From: the human T2T-CHM13v2.0 reference genome, Homo sapiens
DNA length: 64,000 nucleotides
NCBI RefSeq assembly: GCF_009914755.1
Contig: NC_060928.1
Direction: 5' to 3' (one strand)
The translations under genes and the position numbers were made by a program. A model generated the notes under the pieces. It was not told the origin of the DNA. It searched no databases and saw only the letters and a list, made by a program, of their open reading frames with translations. Numbering within the stretch: position 1 is the first letter of the stretch; every line of letters begins with the position of its first letter. Positions 41,741 through 58,114 of this stretch are shown in pieces.

Positions 41741-44700
41741 TAGGAACTGAGATACATAGGCTAAATGACATCATGGCATCCTCATTACATGAGTCAGTAA
41801 GTAGCAGCATAAGGATATTTACTCGGACAGTGTAACTCCAGAGTCTTTGTTCTTTACCCCTATGTTTGACTGCTTCTCTACCTTATAAATCCCTTTACAG
41901 GTAATCCAAAAACTTCATATAGAATCTAAATGACAAATGCCAACTGCTAACCTCAAGGCAAGCTTGCTACATCAAAGAACTATGAATTCTGGTCTACCTA
42001 GCTGTCTGGGAAAAGAGCTGAAAATTCCCTTGGTTGAGGGCCAAGATCTTTTGATTCATTTTTCTCTCTCTTTCTTATACCTTCTGCATGTTCTTATGGG
42101 AATCCTAGATTCTGCATGTTCTTATGGGAATCCTAGGCTGTGATTTTGAGATGGGAATTCAGAAGTTTCTGTTATAATTCTGTCTCAGCTACTAATTAGC
42201 TATATGGCCTTGGGAAGTTTCTAAACTTTTTGGTATTTTATAATTACTCTGCCAAAAAATGACATGCATACACTAGATGGCCCAGAGTCTATAGCAATAA
42301 TACAGAAAAAATATATAGAGAAGTAGATAAATCAAATTACAGGGCCTGTTTGCTTCTTGAGGGAAAGAATCACAAGTTTGTTTACTATCCATCTCCCAAG
42401 TGCTTATTGAAGTTACATCTTCGGCAGAAACTCAGTAGGTATGTGTGAATTGCTGGTTGAAGATTCATGATTTGCTATATGGTACGGACAAGATGCCTTA
42501 GAATTCCAGAGGCAGTTTGGAATAGTAGAAACAAATCTGAATTGAGAGGCAGACAACAGGATCTAATAGCAGAGAAGGCAGAGATGTGTAAGTTAGTTGA
42601 CTTCAGGACAAACATCTATCATATAGTCAAGACTTTTAGTATTTGCCTCTGTAAAATATAAAGAGAGTGGGATTGGTTGATCTCAAAGATATCTTAAGGG
42701 AGCTGTGACTGTATAATTTACTTTTTCCATAAAACCTAAAAAGTGTAAGCATGAAACATTTTTGTGTGTGTATCTATTCCATTGGAAGGGCTCAGCAATT
42801 GAGCATCAGGATCTAGCACATATAATCATCTGTTTACATTTCATTTATTTTAGACCCCACACCAATACTGTGAAGTGGATAATAATATCTCCATTTATGC
42901 ATAAGGAAATTGAGGTCCAGGGAGGCTTTTCAAGGTAAAACTCAGTGTCAGAGCTGGGATTGCAATCCAGGATTAAGTGGCTCTCAGTTTCAATTCTCTT
43001 TGCATTGAACCACACATCCTCCCCAAGTCTCTGGCACTAGTGATGCACATCAGGAGGCAATGTAGGGGCTCTTCAGGATATAAAGAGGGCTCATGGGTAC
43101 AAACATACAGTGAAAAGGACATGGCCACACTTCTTGAAGACCAGGTTCATCCAACTCTAACAGAAAGTGCTATGATTAGCCAAAAAATATATTCTAGTCA
43201 CACACACACAAAACTAATTAATTAGAAAAATCTGGTGATTAACTGCATGCCTTCATTGTTTTCAATAAATGTAACCTGTCCAATAAATCAGTAACATTTA
43301 TTAATGATAATACAAAGTATATTCAGTAATAGGCTTGCCTTCCATGAGGAGACTAATATGGGGTTTTATATGGAGTCCCAAAAGAAACCAAATAAACATT
43401 GTTAGCATTTGCTTCATTGCACAGATTACATGGCGCCTTGATTCTGCTGCTGACAAGCAGTAAATTGCTCTGTTGTGTGTGGTGCTTAAAACAGGTTTAA
43501 TCTGCTATTATTAATAGTTCCATGAAGAATATGATTGCCTATCCCCATCCCACTTTCAACCACTGTGGCCAACATACGGGAACTCAGGCAACTAAAATAA
43601 TTACAGACCACAAGCTGTAACAATAAACCACAAAAGGACTAATCATATCCTTTCTTGGAATTTACTTATTTCAAATAGTTTGTTACTTTTTTTTTCATGA
43701 AGAGCTCCATATTGGACCACAATTGTGATGAGAAGATCTAACTTGGATTTCAGCTGCAGAAATTATGCTATTTACTTTCTTATTACAGGCACTAAATTGC
43801 TGTTTGGATTATTATTATTTTTTTCCTTTCTCTAGATAGTTCAACAAATAGATTTTACGGTCTCTTTATGGGACAAAGCAGAGTATGATTTCGAAAAGTA
43901 TAAAGACTAAATAACTAGATAATTGCCTAGAGTTGAAGTGGTGTATTCAGGAACTTCACTGGGAGGAACTAAAAATAATTTAAAAATAGGAGAAAGTGTC
44001 ATTGGCCCATTTATGCAAAGCCAATGCAAAGAAAAGCTGAACACTTGACTTCTGAGAAGTTAAAGACAAACTGTGGTGCCAAGTTACAGCAATTCCCTTG
44101 GCCTAATTTTTGGTAAATTTAATTTTATCCTTTCTCAATGTTGTGGAATCTATAATGTATATTTTATTGGTCATATTATATGCATGTCTCATGCAGGTTT
44201 CCTTCAGAACTTCTTGAAGATCAATAGGGAATATATTAAAAATGAAAATAGAAATTAGGTTGAATATTGGCCTACCTACAATGGTTGAAAAATCACTTTA
44301 GAAAAAAGTGGTTTTGCTTATTTCCTTGTTGACCTATTTGAATGCTTTTTATTTAAAAAAAAAAAAAAAGGTCCTCAGCATGAAGGATTTGGTAGGTGAT
44401 GTTTTATCTCACTGTAAACATTTCTTTTTGCTAATCAAGGATCTTTGAATGACAGAAGGAAGGGATTTTAAGGAAGACAACAAGTTAGTCTTCTGGAGTA
44501 ACATTATCTGCTCTAGTGAACTGGTCCTTTGGAGTTCGGTGGTTTTAAAGGCATGCTTTCTTTTATTATTTGGAGATTATATTGTTTAAAGTTTTCTGCA
44601 TGGTGAATAGAGGTTGCTAGGGGAACATAAAACTCTACACAGAGACAGAACTATGACTAGGTCCAGGCTCTGTCACCAAATAGCTTGTGATGCTGAGTCA

Positions 44701-44928
44701 GTCTCACAAATGTGCAGCCTGTTGTTTCCCCTTCCACAAAATGATAATATTTCTCTTCATGTGGCTTTGGCAGTGATATGACCTATTACATGTGAAGGCA
44801 TTTTATGATAACGTGCGGTGCACATTAGACATCAAACTTTGTTAACATATTAATAATATACCTCATTTGGTGACATTGTTCTTTTTCCTTTATAATTTTT
44901 CAATGATAATTATTAAAATCTTTGTCAT

Positions 44929-45211
<283 letters not shown>

Positions 45212-46729
45212 TCATAACTTAACTCTATTTCCACCTACTTTTCTAACACGGTATTTCATACCATACAAATTGGTCCTTTACGCAAAATAATTTATATGTT
45301 AATGACTTGGTCAGATGGGCTCAATATTAACTTTTTCCTCGAAGGTGCTAGTTTGTTATCCCACACACAGTGCGGTTAATACACTCATAAATGTCCTTCA
45401 AAAATGTTTCTAAGGGCCCTGCAGACTGAATTTTAGACTCCGTGCTCATTTTTACTTCAGTAATTTCATTAGTAGTGTTTATTTTATAAATAGCTTGTAA
45501 AGTGTTTGAAGGCAGAAACATTTTTAAAATGTTTATATATTTTTGTTCCAAAGTATTTTGCAGAGAAACAAATCCACAGAAGCACCCCTAAACTGGGAGT
45601 GTGGTGAAGTGGGGAAGAGCCCAGCCCAGGGCTGCAGATCTCGGGATCCAAGAATACATAGCAGGTAGCTCAAGAGGGAATTTAGAGTCTAGGCCTGCAT
45701 AGAATTCACCTGAAAAGGTGGAACAGAGACCAGGACTGAAACCAGGACCAAAACAAGGACCAAACAAACCAGATATTCCAGAGAAGAGTAAGTGGTTTCT
45801 ATTGGTAAGAGTTGGGATTAGCAGAAATTTCCTGAAACCCAGATGTAGTCACAGAAGCCCTAGAGATCCCATGGCCCTGCCTAAGTGAAATTAGGGAGAG
45901 GGCTCAGTGGGGTGTCTTGAATACATTTACTTGTTCAGGTGTCGAATAATGCCTATTGAGAAGCAACTATGTGCCAGGAAAAGTACAGGGTACTGGGTAT
46001 ATGTGGGTAAGCCAGACAGCAGCAACTCTGCCCTCATTTACCTCCCATCTCAGAAAACAATAAACAAATTCATTAATTATTAGAGATAATGATAAATGCT
46101 AAGTAAGGAACAAACTGGACACAGCAGGGGTTTCACCTACATGGAGCTGTGATTAGGGGAGATGATGTTTAAGATGACATTGGAAGCATGAGAAGGAACC
46201 AAAAGGTCCTCAGACCAGGAGAGGCCAAAAGCTCTTCTCCATGAGTGATTTAAAGTAAATGTACATAAAGAGTAGCCAGTGGAGGAGATGGTTGTTAGCA
46301 CCGTGATGGAAAGGTATTGGGAAATGCTGGAAAAGCATGGCATAAGGGCAAGAAGGGAAGGTCACCCAAAGGCAAGGTTCTTGTGGGCTTCCCAAACCTC
46401 CTCTGCTTCTCTGCAGGTGCCAGAATTTGGTTATTTCTCTGGGAAGAACTTGTGTCATGAAATTGAAAGAAGCCCAAGAGAGTTGCGCCATAGAGAATGA
46501 GGAGTGTTTGTCAGATATATAGTTGTCATTTACTGAATATTGTGGTTCTCATCTTAGTTTACTCCCAAGAAAATACCTGGAGGCTTTCAGGTGCTTCTCT
46601 CTTACGAGGCCTGGTACTAATGTTTTCATTCAATTCTTTGAGCTTCCCTAGATTCTTTTAGGAACTTCTTTTTTTTCTCCTGTTAGATCAAGATTCTGTT
46701 GCTTACCATCAAAGAGCCCAAGCTAATAC

Positions 46730-48710
46730 AGTCACCTCTCTGTCCTTATCTTGCTTGTCTGCTTAGCATTCAATGCCTGTTTTTTGAAGGACTATTGTCT
46801 TTGGGTTTATGTGATACCACATCCTCCTGGTTTTCTTTCCATCTCTCTGGTTGCTTCTTTTCAGTGTCCTTTGCTATCTCTTCCAGCTTTACTGATCCTC
46901 TAAATGCTAGAGTCCCTCCCGACCAGGACTAAATCCTTTTGTCTCTTTTAAGTCATTCTTAGTGGTCAAAAAGGTATGCACTTAGGTGCTAGGGTACCTT
47001 GGTTCAATTCCCAGCCTTGCCACTTCCTAGCTGTGACCTCGGAGAGGTCACTTAACAATTCCTTGCCCATTTCTTTTATTATTATTATTATTTTAAAAAA
47101 ACCTATTTCATAGGGCTGCTAAGAGAATAAAGAGGGTTAATCATACCTAAAGTATTTTGGGCAGAGCTGGTTCATTATATGCATTCAATGCATGTTATTT
47201 TTCTTACAATTGTTAGTAATCATCAATTCCCATGGCCTTAAATGTTACATATATGCTGGTGACCCTTAAATATGTATTTTCAGCCCCAAACACCCCTCTT
47301 AGCTCTATAAAATTATGTATCCAACCACTAGAATTTATCAAACTTTAGAAGACTAAATTCAAATTTTGATTACTAATTCTTAACACCCCCCAATCTCACT
47401 CAACAATTTCCCCCCAGTTTTCTGCATCTTAGTAAATGGTAAGAATACCTGCCTAGTTGTTTAAGTCAGAAAACTTGGAATCATCTATATTGTTGCTCTT
47501 TCCCTCCTAGCCACATTCAACCTATTTGTCAAATTCTGTCATTTTTATTTATAAAATATAGATTAAATACTTTCACTTCTTTGTATCTCAACAATTAAAA
47601 TTTCTAATCCAATGTACCATCATAACTTGGCTAGTTTACTGCAATATCTTCTTTACCCATTCTTTATTTTTCCTCCATGACCAAATCCATTATTTGCCAA
47701 ATAGAGTTTTGTTTTACAAACATAAATTTGTGTCATTCTCCTACTTAATCCTTTAATGATTTTGCCCTGTGCAATGAGTCAAATCCAGCCTGCAAGACTC
47801 TGCTTGACTTGCTGTATGTCTACCTGGCTGGTCTCATCTTATATCACCTTCTCCCTCAATCATGGTGATTTGGTCACATCAACCTCCATCAGTTTCTTAA
47901 ATCCAATAAACCCTTTCCTGCCTTAGGGCTTTTGCGCTTGCTGTGTCTTCAACCAGGAATAACTTTTTCCTTGCTTCTTTCATTACTGGTTTTCTCCTGA
48001 GGTCTGCCATTAAAAAACCCTCAACTTCAGAAAGGCCTGCTACATCACTCAGATTTCTCCAGAGAAGAGAGATGATTGGATCTATGTCTATCTATCATCT
48101 ATCCATCTGTGGATTTATTTTAAAGAATTGGCTAATGTGATTATGGGGAATGGCAAGTCCAAAATCTGTAGGGCAGGTGAGCAGGCTGGAAACTCAGGCA
48201 GGATTTCAACATTATAGTCAAGGCAGAATTTCTGCTTCTCTGGGAAACCTCAGTTTTTGCTCTTAAGGCCTTCAACTGATTGAGTGAGCCCCACTCACAT
48301 TATCAAGGGTAATCTGATCTACTTAAAGTCAACTGATTATAGATGTTAATCACATCTACAAAATATCTTCACAGTAAAATATAGATTAGTATTTGACCAA
48401 ACAACTGGGCACCCTAGTATAGCTTAGTTGACATATAAAACTTATCATCATACTTTCCTTAGGTCTCCTGCATCCACAGGAGTCTCTTTCATAGAGTTCT
48501 CTCTTTTTTTTTTTCCATTGGATGTACCATAATTTACCCTTAAGTAATTCTTTGCTTACTTATTAATTTCCCCTTCCTCCACCACACTCTAATGTCTATC
48601 AGGTGAGAACGATTCTTTTTTGCATCAATATATATCCAATACTAGCAAAGTCCTTGGGATATATTAAGCATTCAGTAAGTAGTTGGTGCTCGATGCTTAA
48701 TATGTGTTTG
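46730..48710 (+). mobile_element. L2 interrupted by MIR (~46960-47200) and MLT2
   Basis: gataccacatcctcctggttttctttcc and later L2 3' motifs. Confidence 0.75.
48042..48450 (-). mobile_element. MLT2 (ERVL) solo LTR
   Basis: ttctccagagaa...gaattggctaatgtgattatgg...gttgacatataaaacttatcatca. Confidence 0.88.
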
Positions 48711-49309
48711 TGAAAACAATTAACAACCACAGGGAACTTGAGATGAAAAGTTTTGACCCAATCTTCTAAAATTTTTATGGGAGTTAGAATATCAGATGTT
48801 AAGCATAATTTACTAAAATGTGAATAGACAAGAAAATAACTATTTCTCATTTTCTTTTGACACATTCTCCTCCCTTGTATTTTCCTGAAATTAAATTAGT
48901 CAACACAGATTTAAGAGGACTTAGAGTCTCACACACTCAGCCCAAATATAGCATTGAAAAGACTTCCAAAGCTTTGGCAACATATTTTATTTTAATAAAG
49001 ATTCAAATGCCTGCAGGATCACTGGAATAATTGCCAGTTACACTTCTATTAATGAACACATTTAAATGGGGATTGTGAAAAGCAGAAAATGATCTGATTT
49101 TATGGAGTACGTTTACTGCCAGCAATGTACAGTGATGAATGGTGCCCTAGAATTTAATTTTAGTTTTAGCCACAAAACAGCCAAAATTGCACAGCAGCCT
49201 CTTTAACGAATATGTACTGAACTTGAAAAATTATTTATTGAGTTCTCAGTGATATATATATATATAAATTATTTATTGAGTTGTCAGTGCTATATATATA
49301 TATATATAT

Positions 49310-49617
49310 ATTTTTTTTTTTTTCCTTGGAGATGGAGTCTCGCTCTGTCACCCAGGCTGGAGTACAGCAGTGCAATCTTGCTCACTGCAACCTCTGCCTC
49401 CCAGGTTCAAGCAATTCTCATGCCTCAGCCTCCCGAGTAGCTGGGACTACAGGCATACATCACTATGCCCAGCAAATTTTTTTTTTTTTGTATTTTTAGT
49501 AGAGATGGGGTTTTGCCATGGTGGCCAGGTTGGTCTTGAACATGTGACCTCAGGTGATCCACCCATCTCAGCTTCTCAAAGTGCTGGTAATACAGGCATG
49601 AGACACCACGCCCGGCC
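49310..49617 (-). mobile_element. AluS element
   Basis: Full dimer; flanked by tcagtg.tatat on both sides. Confidence 0.93.
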
Positions 49618-50049
49618 TCAGTGATATATTTTTGTGAACCAATTAGTTACTTCAAAAAATAAAGAAGAGTAATGCTGTTAAAGTTGATCCACATAGCAGT
49701 CTTATTACCACCCTTGCATGGGCTCTGTGCTGTGAAGACTAGGTTCTATGTGCAACAAGTTCTATTAACAAGCCTCTTTGGATGAAGCTGCTTTTGAACT
49801 TGATATGCATTCAGTTCTGATGTACAGTGCTAAAGGAAGTAGAAAATCTCAAAGGGTTCATAAGACAGAGTCTTAGTACTATTTCTAAATGCTGGTTCTT
49901 CAAGTGGTATTTGAGTTTGAAGTACATCAGTTCACACTGCTCCCAGACTAAAACAAAAAAATGTCTTAGAAGGATTAGCTGAATCTAAGGAAACTTTTTA
50001 GGAATATTAACCAGAAAAATTCAGGAGAAGCAAGTTTTGTTGACTTTAT

Positions 50050-50465
50050 CAGAATGCTGTTTGTTCCCCTAAATCCAACTTCTCCTTTTGCATTTATATA
50101 CTGATATTTAGCCAGAAACTACATTTCCCATCTTCCCCTGTAGCTAGATGATCCCTGTGACTAAGTTTGAGCCCTTAATGTGAATAAAAGTGATGTAGAG
50201 ACTCTTCATGTTATCTTTAAATCCAGACTCACTTGCCCCTGGACTATGACTACCTCACTTTCCCTCAGGATCTGAACATGACACTGACCCAGTTTATAGG
50301 ATATAGATGGTAGCAAGGGATAGCAGGACAATGTGTTGGAAGGAACCTGGGTCGCTGAATGACATCCTGCTAGAGCAGAGCTGCCACATCAGCCTGGACC
50401 AAACCAACTATGACTTGAAAGAAAATGGGAGCTTTCTTATAGGATTGTTGCAGATGAATCAATAC
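50050..50465 (+). mobile_element. LTR16/LTR33-like ERVL LTR remnant
   Basis: actacatttcccatcttcccctgtagctag...tgtgactaagtt; ggaaggaacctgggtcgctgaatgac. Confidence 0.6.
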
Positions 50466-51515
50466 AGAAAATCTTGAAGTCTTTAGAAAGACTTGTAATG
50501 AATTTTTATATTATTTAGAGGTTACTTTTACATAAGTTGTTTTTAAAAACTACCTACATTTTAATGTTATGTCTTTAAGACATCAAAAATTATGCTATCT
50601 CTTTTGATTTTTGCAAAATCCCAGTGAGGGAATCATTATGAGAAAGATTATGTTAGCTTCTGGAGGAACTCAAGGGACAGAATAAAAGTAACCACAATAA
50701 AGGCACTATTTTCAGATTTGTCCTCTGACAACTCTTTGTAGGGCTAAGAACAAATCTGTGTTTTCTAACTTTTTTTAGGGAGGTGACTCTCAAATCTGTA
50801 TGTGTGAATATATGTATAATATTACCATTGCGATAAAACTTATAAAGTGTTGTCTAACAAGTAAGTCATTAGACATCCAGTGCTTAGCATGTACCCAAAT
50901 TCAACTATATTCCAATTTGAATAAAGCATATATACATCTATAGAGATATAGATCTATAGATATAGATATACATAGTTTTCAAAAAGCAAATATCTACCTA
51001 TAGACATCTATCTCTATATATCTATACACATAGATATAAGAATATATTAGATTCCCCTATTTTAGATTATTCTTCAAAAAGCAAGTAGATATCTATATTG
51101 TATACCATGTATATATCTATATTATATATATATATATAGATAGGTTATTTTTCAAAAGCAAATTTATATATATATATGTACATAATGTGAATCAAAGTTT
51201 GAGAGGGGGAAAAAGAAACTTTAAGAAAGAACTTCTAGATTATACAACACAATTCAGAGTACTGGCATGATAATAATGGTGCTAATAGTGATAATGATAA
51301 TAGCAATAACAATAATAGCAGCTACATTTTGAGTGTTGTCATGAGACAGGGTCTGTGCTTTTTGCTTTATATTCATTGTCTTTGCAAAGCATCTATGAGA
51401 TGTTATTCTTCAATTTTGCAGGTGACATATGAAACCCAGGGAGTATCTTGCCCAAGGGTAACCAGAACCAGAATCTAATTACATTATAAATTTTACCTCA
51501 ACATATATCCATTTT

Positions 51516-52004
51516 TGCACAGAAAAGAGTTAGCATAACAGGTGTGAGATCACTGTCCTTAGAAAGGCCTGCTTGCAAGGCTAGCCACTTGGATGTTGGG
51601 AAAGTGTCTACCATTCTTTGAAGCAAATGGCTCACTGTGCTTAAACTGTGCAAACAATATGGTTTATGTTGAACATCTGCTTTGCTTCTTGGAGTCTGGA
51701 ATTTGGGTACATACTAAGTACTGAACGTGTAATGGCTTCCTTGCTAGACAACATTTTATAAATGCTATCACAATGACTCATTGCTGGGAGAATTAAGCAC
51801 TTCCTGTGAGACTTCACTCAGAAAGAACTCTTGGAAGCTTGCCTCAGGTTTCCTCCAAACATTACCCCATGTGCCTTTTCCCTTTGCAGATTTTGCTTTG
51901 CATTCTTTTGTTGTAATAAATCATAAATGTGTGATTGTATATTGGGTCTTGTACATCCCCTAGCAAATCTTCAAAACTAGAGACAGTCTTGGGAACCCCT
52001 AACA
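51516..52004 (+). mobile_element. MER68-like ERVL solo LTR
   Basis: tgcacagaaaagagttagcata...ccttagaaaggcctgcttgcaagg; ends gtcttgggaacccctaaca. Confidence 0.8.
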
Positions 52005-52059
52005 TATCTATCTTCCATGTCATTCTCTCATTTGGAGAAAATAAAATTTTATTTTCTAC

Positions 52060-52426
52060 CTGAGTACATAGGAAGACGTATTTCTCAGCCTCTCTTGAAA
52101 TCAAGTTGGACCATATGACTGAGCTCTGATGGGTGGAATGTCTGTTAGTCCAAAATAGGCCCATCAAATGCCCCACACCATCCTTCTGCTCTCAACTGAG
52201 GACCAGATGCAGATGACCCAGTGGAGGAAGCTGGCACCATAGGCAATAGTGGAACCACGAGATGGAAGGAGTGTCCTCAATAAATGAGTTGAACAGAAGT
52301 CCCATCCTGTCCCCAACGGAGTCACATAGGATTAGGAAATGAAAGAGAAACAAACATTTTTTTGTCTTAAACCACTGAGTTACTGGAGCTGTGTGTTACA
52401 GCATTGATCCTTCTCTGTCTAATACA
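52060..52426 (+). mobile_element. LTR16C-like remnant
   Basis: tatttctcagcctctcttg...accactgagttactggagctgtgtgttacagca...taataca. Confidence 0.65.
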
Positions 52427-52874
52427 TATGGTGACGTGCTGGATACCAACACCCCCATCTCCTTCCGCTCAACTTTGAAATATGTTGCAAGAGTGAAAGG
52501 GATTTTTAAGCCATAGAGATCCCATTACTCATTTGATAGAATAATATTTGATGGGCAAACACAGGACACGAATAATCTACCAGATGGCAACTCTTGCAAT
52601 GGAATCAAAGGAAGTTCTTCATTACCATTTGAGATTGCTCTTAACATTTTTGAGTAGTACTTGATAAAACAAATAGAAGGTGTTAAACTACTGGGTGTAG
52701 TTCTTTTACTAAAGGAGCCATGCTCTTTCACTCCCCCTATTATTAGATTATTTTTCAAAAAAGCAAATTAACAGCACTTCAATTTTACTCAGTAGATGTG
52801 GAAAGAACTAAAAAGAAGAAAGTGAGAGAAGATAAAAATTTTATTGGGCTGGCCTCCAATCTTTTTGTTTGGGG

Positions 52875-54834
<1,960 letters not shown>

Positions 54835-55061
54835 TGGATTTCTAAGTGACTGCATAAATGAAGGTAACATTTTTGTCAAAATAATCTCTCCACACAGATG
54901 TATGCACATAAAATATACCTATGAGAATAAAGGAGAAAACTAACAGTAGTTACCTCTAGCAAGGTGGGATGAGAAGTTTCCTGTACCTAGGACACTTCGA
55001 TATTTCAATTTCTAAACCTCTGTATGATTTCAAATGTTTAGCATGACATTTTATGAGTTTA

Positions 55062-55514
<453 letters not shown>

Positions 55515-56686
55515 TGCATAACATAAACTAATGCTTAACATATTTCAAGATGACATTACTGAGTCATTATGAATTTTTAATTACATTATGAAGTTTAGTT
55601 ACTTTTGTACATAGAAGAATAAGGAAAGAACTGAAGGGCTCTGATATCTTTTGACAGCACTCTTAAAGATATTAAGTAAAACATTTCTCATTTATTTTCT
55701 TATCTACATGGATATTAATATCCTAAATTTTTAAAGGATAGTTTCATGTCCAGAGAATCTAAGCCATTGTTCAAGCTCAGAAATGGCAGCGGTAAGGTTT
55801 GAACCCTGGACAGCGCTTGCACTATGTCAGTCTATGGAAGTCAAAAGGGAGGTCGTGTTAACTGCATAGGCTTATAGGCAATCTTCCCTTCAGAAAGCCC
55901 TTCTGGTTGGAAATCTGACAGACAGTTCTGCTAGGGCAAAGGAAATAGCATTTTAACTCTGTTCTTACCTTAATTCTAAAGTACATGAATAACACTTTGC
56001 TCTTAAGGAAGGCCTTTTATCTGAGTCTTTCAAACACTGAACAAAACCAATTATTACCCACCCTCCTTCATGGTTCAAAGAGAAGATTTTAATCCCTAAT
56101 TTGCTGACAGAGAGACAGAAGCCGGCAGGAATGAAGTGATTTACTGAGGGTAACACAGTCTATGAAAGCGTTCAAGAATAACCCTGAGGGCTTGTGACAA
56201 AAGAGCAATTGCCTTATGCAATTAGCAGTGAATTCCTCTGTCCTAATCACTGCATCTTACTGTTTCCCATGCAAAGTTTAAGGGAACTAAACTTCTCCTC
56301 TTTCCTTTCCCACCATAAATCGGACGTAGTGCTTTTTATGTAAATGTACTTTGCAAAAATGTAGATCCCTATAATTTTACCTTCCATCTGTTTCATCTGT
56401 TTTTAAAGATCTTACTGCAGAATTTCCCAAACACTTTGAATGGGGTGGAAAAGCCCCATACAAGAACTCAGATGTCCTGCTGGTTCCTTTGGCTACAACA
56501 TCAAAACTCTTGCAGAAATGAAACAAAAAAAAAGTATGCTTCTGTTCTTCATGAAATTGCCCAAGGAGGGTGTCTGGATAATAAGCCAAACATGGAGGGT
56601 GGGGATTAACTGCATTTGAGATGTGACTGCAGAGCACATTAAGCTGCTTTGCTCTACAGGTGTTGCTGCTTCCTCACAAGCTCCAC

Positions 56687-57682
56687 TGTGATGGATACAA
56701 CCTATGTGACCCCCAGTGAGTCACACCTTTTTAAATCTCCTCATCTTGAGTGCTGAGATGTGCAGTGTAAGGTCCCCTGAGCAGGCTGCACCATGGTCAA
56801 GCCATCATGACCCCTGTGACCCACATGTACACATCCAGAAGTCTCAAATTCTGGGAGCCAGAAAGTCTGGGACAACAGGAAAACCACTAAAGAAGAAAAA
56901 TGGCTAGTACCTGTCTTAGCTGATTAGGTAACCCTGCGACATTCTACCATTCTAGCATGCTCTACCCTAACTGATCAATCAACCTAGTGACACTGTGCTC
57001 TATGACCCCTCCCACCTTGTGATAATGCACCTTGCAACCTTCTTCCCCTGCCCACAATAAATGGCCCCTAACTGTAACTTTCCACTGCTTACCCTAATCT
57101 ATGAAATTAGCTCCAATCCCACCACCCTCTGCTGACTCCCTTTTTGGACTCAGCCCGCTCACATCCAGGTGAATAGACAGTCTTGTTGCTCACACTTAGC
57201 CTGTTCAGGTTGTCTCTTCAATTAGATGCGCACATAACACAGAGGTGATGGGATGAGATGCCACACCCATGACTGTACTACCCATTAGAGGACTAGAGAG
57301 ACCCTCCGTTGTTGGCTTTGAAGAATCCAGCTGCCATATTACAAGGGAGCTTGCAAGAGGACCAGGTGGAAACGGACTGCAAGTAGCCTCTAGGGGCTGC
57401 GTGGCCCTACATTGACAGCCAGCAAGAGGGGAATTTCATATGTGCAACCACAAAGAATTGAATTCTGCCAACAACCACAGGAGCTTAGAAAAGGATCCAC
57501 GATCCAGAAAGAAATGCAGCCCAATCATGATTCTAACTGTGGCCTCATGAAACTCCAACCAGAGCACTTAGCTATGTCATTTCTGAACTCCTGATCCTTG
57601 GGACAGTATATTATGAATGAATGTTTTCTAAATCCATTTAGTATTTGGCAAATTGTTACACGGCAACAGAAAATGAATGTAA
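56687..57682 (+). mobile_element. MLT1F/E-like LTR split by an ERV1 LTR
   Basis: gttggctttgaagaatccagctgccat; gaattgaattctgccaacaacc; ttgttacacggcaacagaaaa. Confidence 0.75.
56766..57239 (+). mobile_element. LTR7C-like (HERV-H-related) solo LTR, 474 bp
   Basis: TG...CA ends; aagccatcatgacccctgtgacccacatgtacacatccaga and ctgactccctttttggactcagcccg...ttgttgctcacac are LTR7-family blocks. Confidence 0.75.
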
Positions 57683-58114
57683 ACATCTTTCTATTTTAGA
57701 TAAAAAAAGATAGTAACATAACATTTAATGTCAAAAGGACATTAGCAGGTATTAAAGTGATGCCTTAATGATATATTTGATTTTAATGGATAATTTTACC
57801 TATTATAATCCAGAGCAAAGAAAGAAAAGGAAGCAGGGGAAGATTCCATAGAAGAAGGAACCAGCTGTCTGAAGCATAGAGGTCTAACTATTTGCAACTC
57901 ATCCTGTGCCTTAAAAATGGGAAGACTAGGTTATATATTATTAATTAATGACAGAAAAAGCCAAAGCAGCATTGGCATCACTATATTAAAACTTAGTGCC
58001 CCACTATATCATTTACAACCACCTAAAATTGAACTGAAGCTATAACTGGTTTCGAAAGAGTGCAGCAAAGCAAGATTATGAAACATATATATTGATATTT
58101 GTGTGACCTTTTGA

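Noticed and set aside
52795-52812. tgtggaaagaact as a piece of the next KCNIP4 exon (QFFPQ-like)
   Set aside because: Short chance match; the flanks do not encode the KChIP EF-hand sequence.
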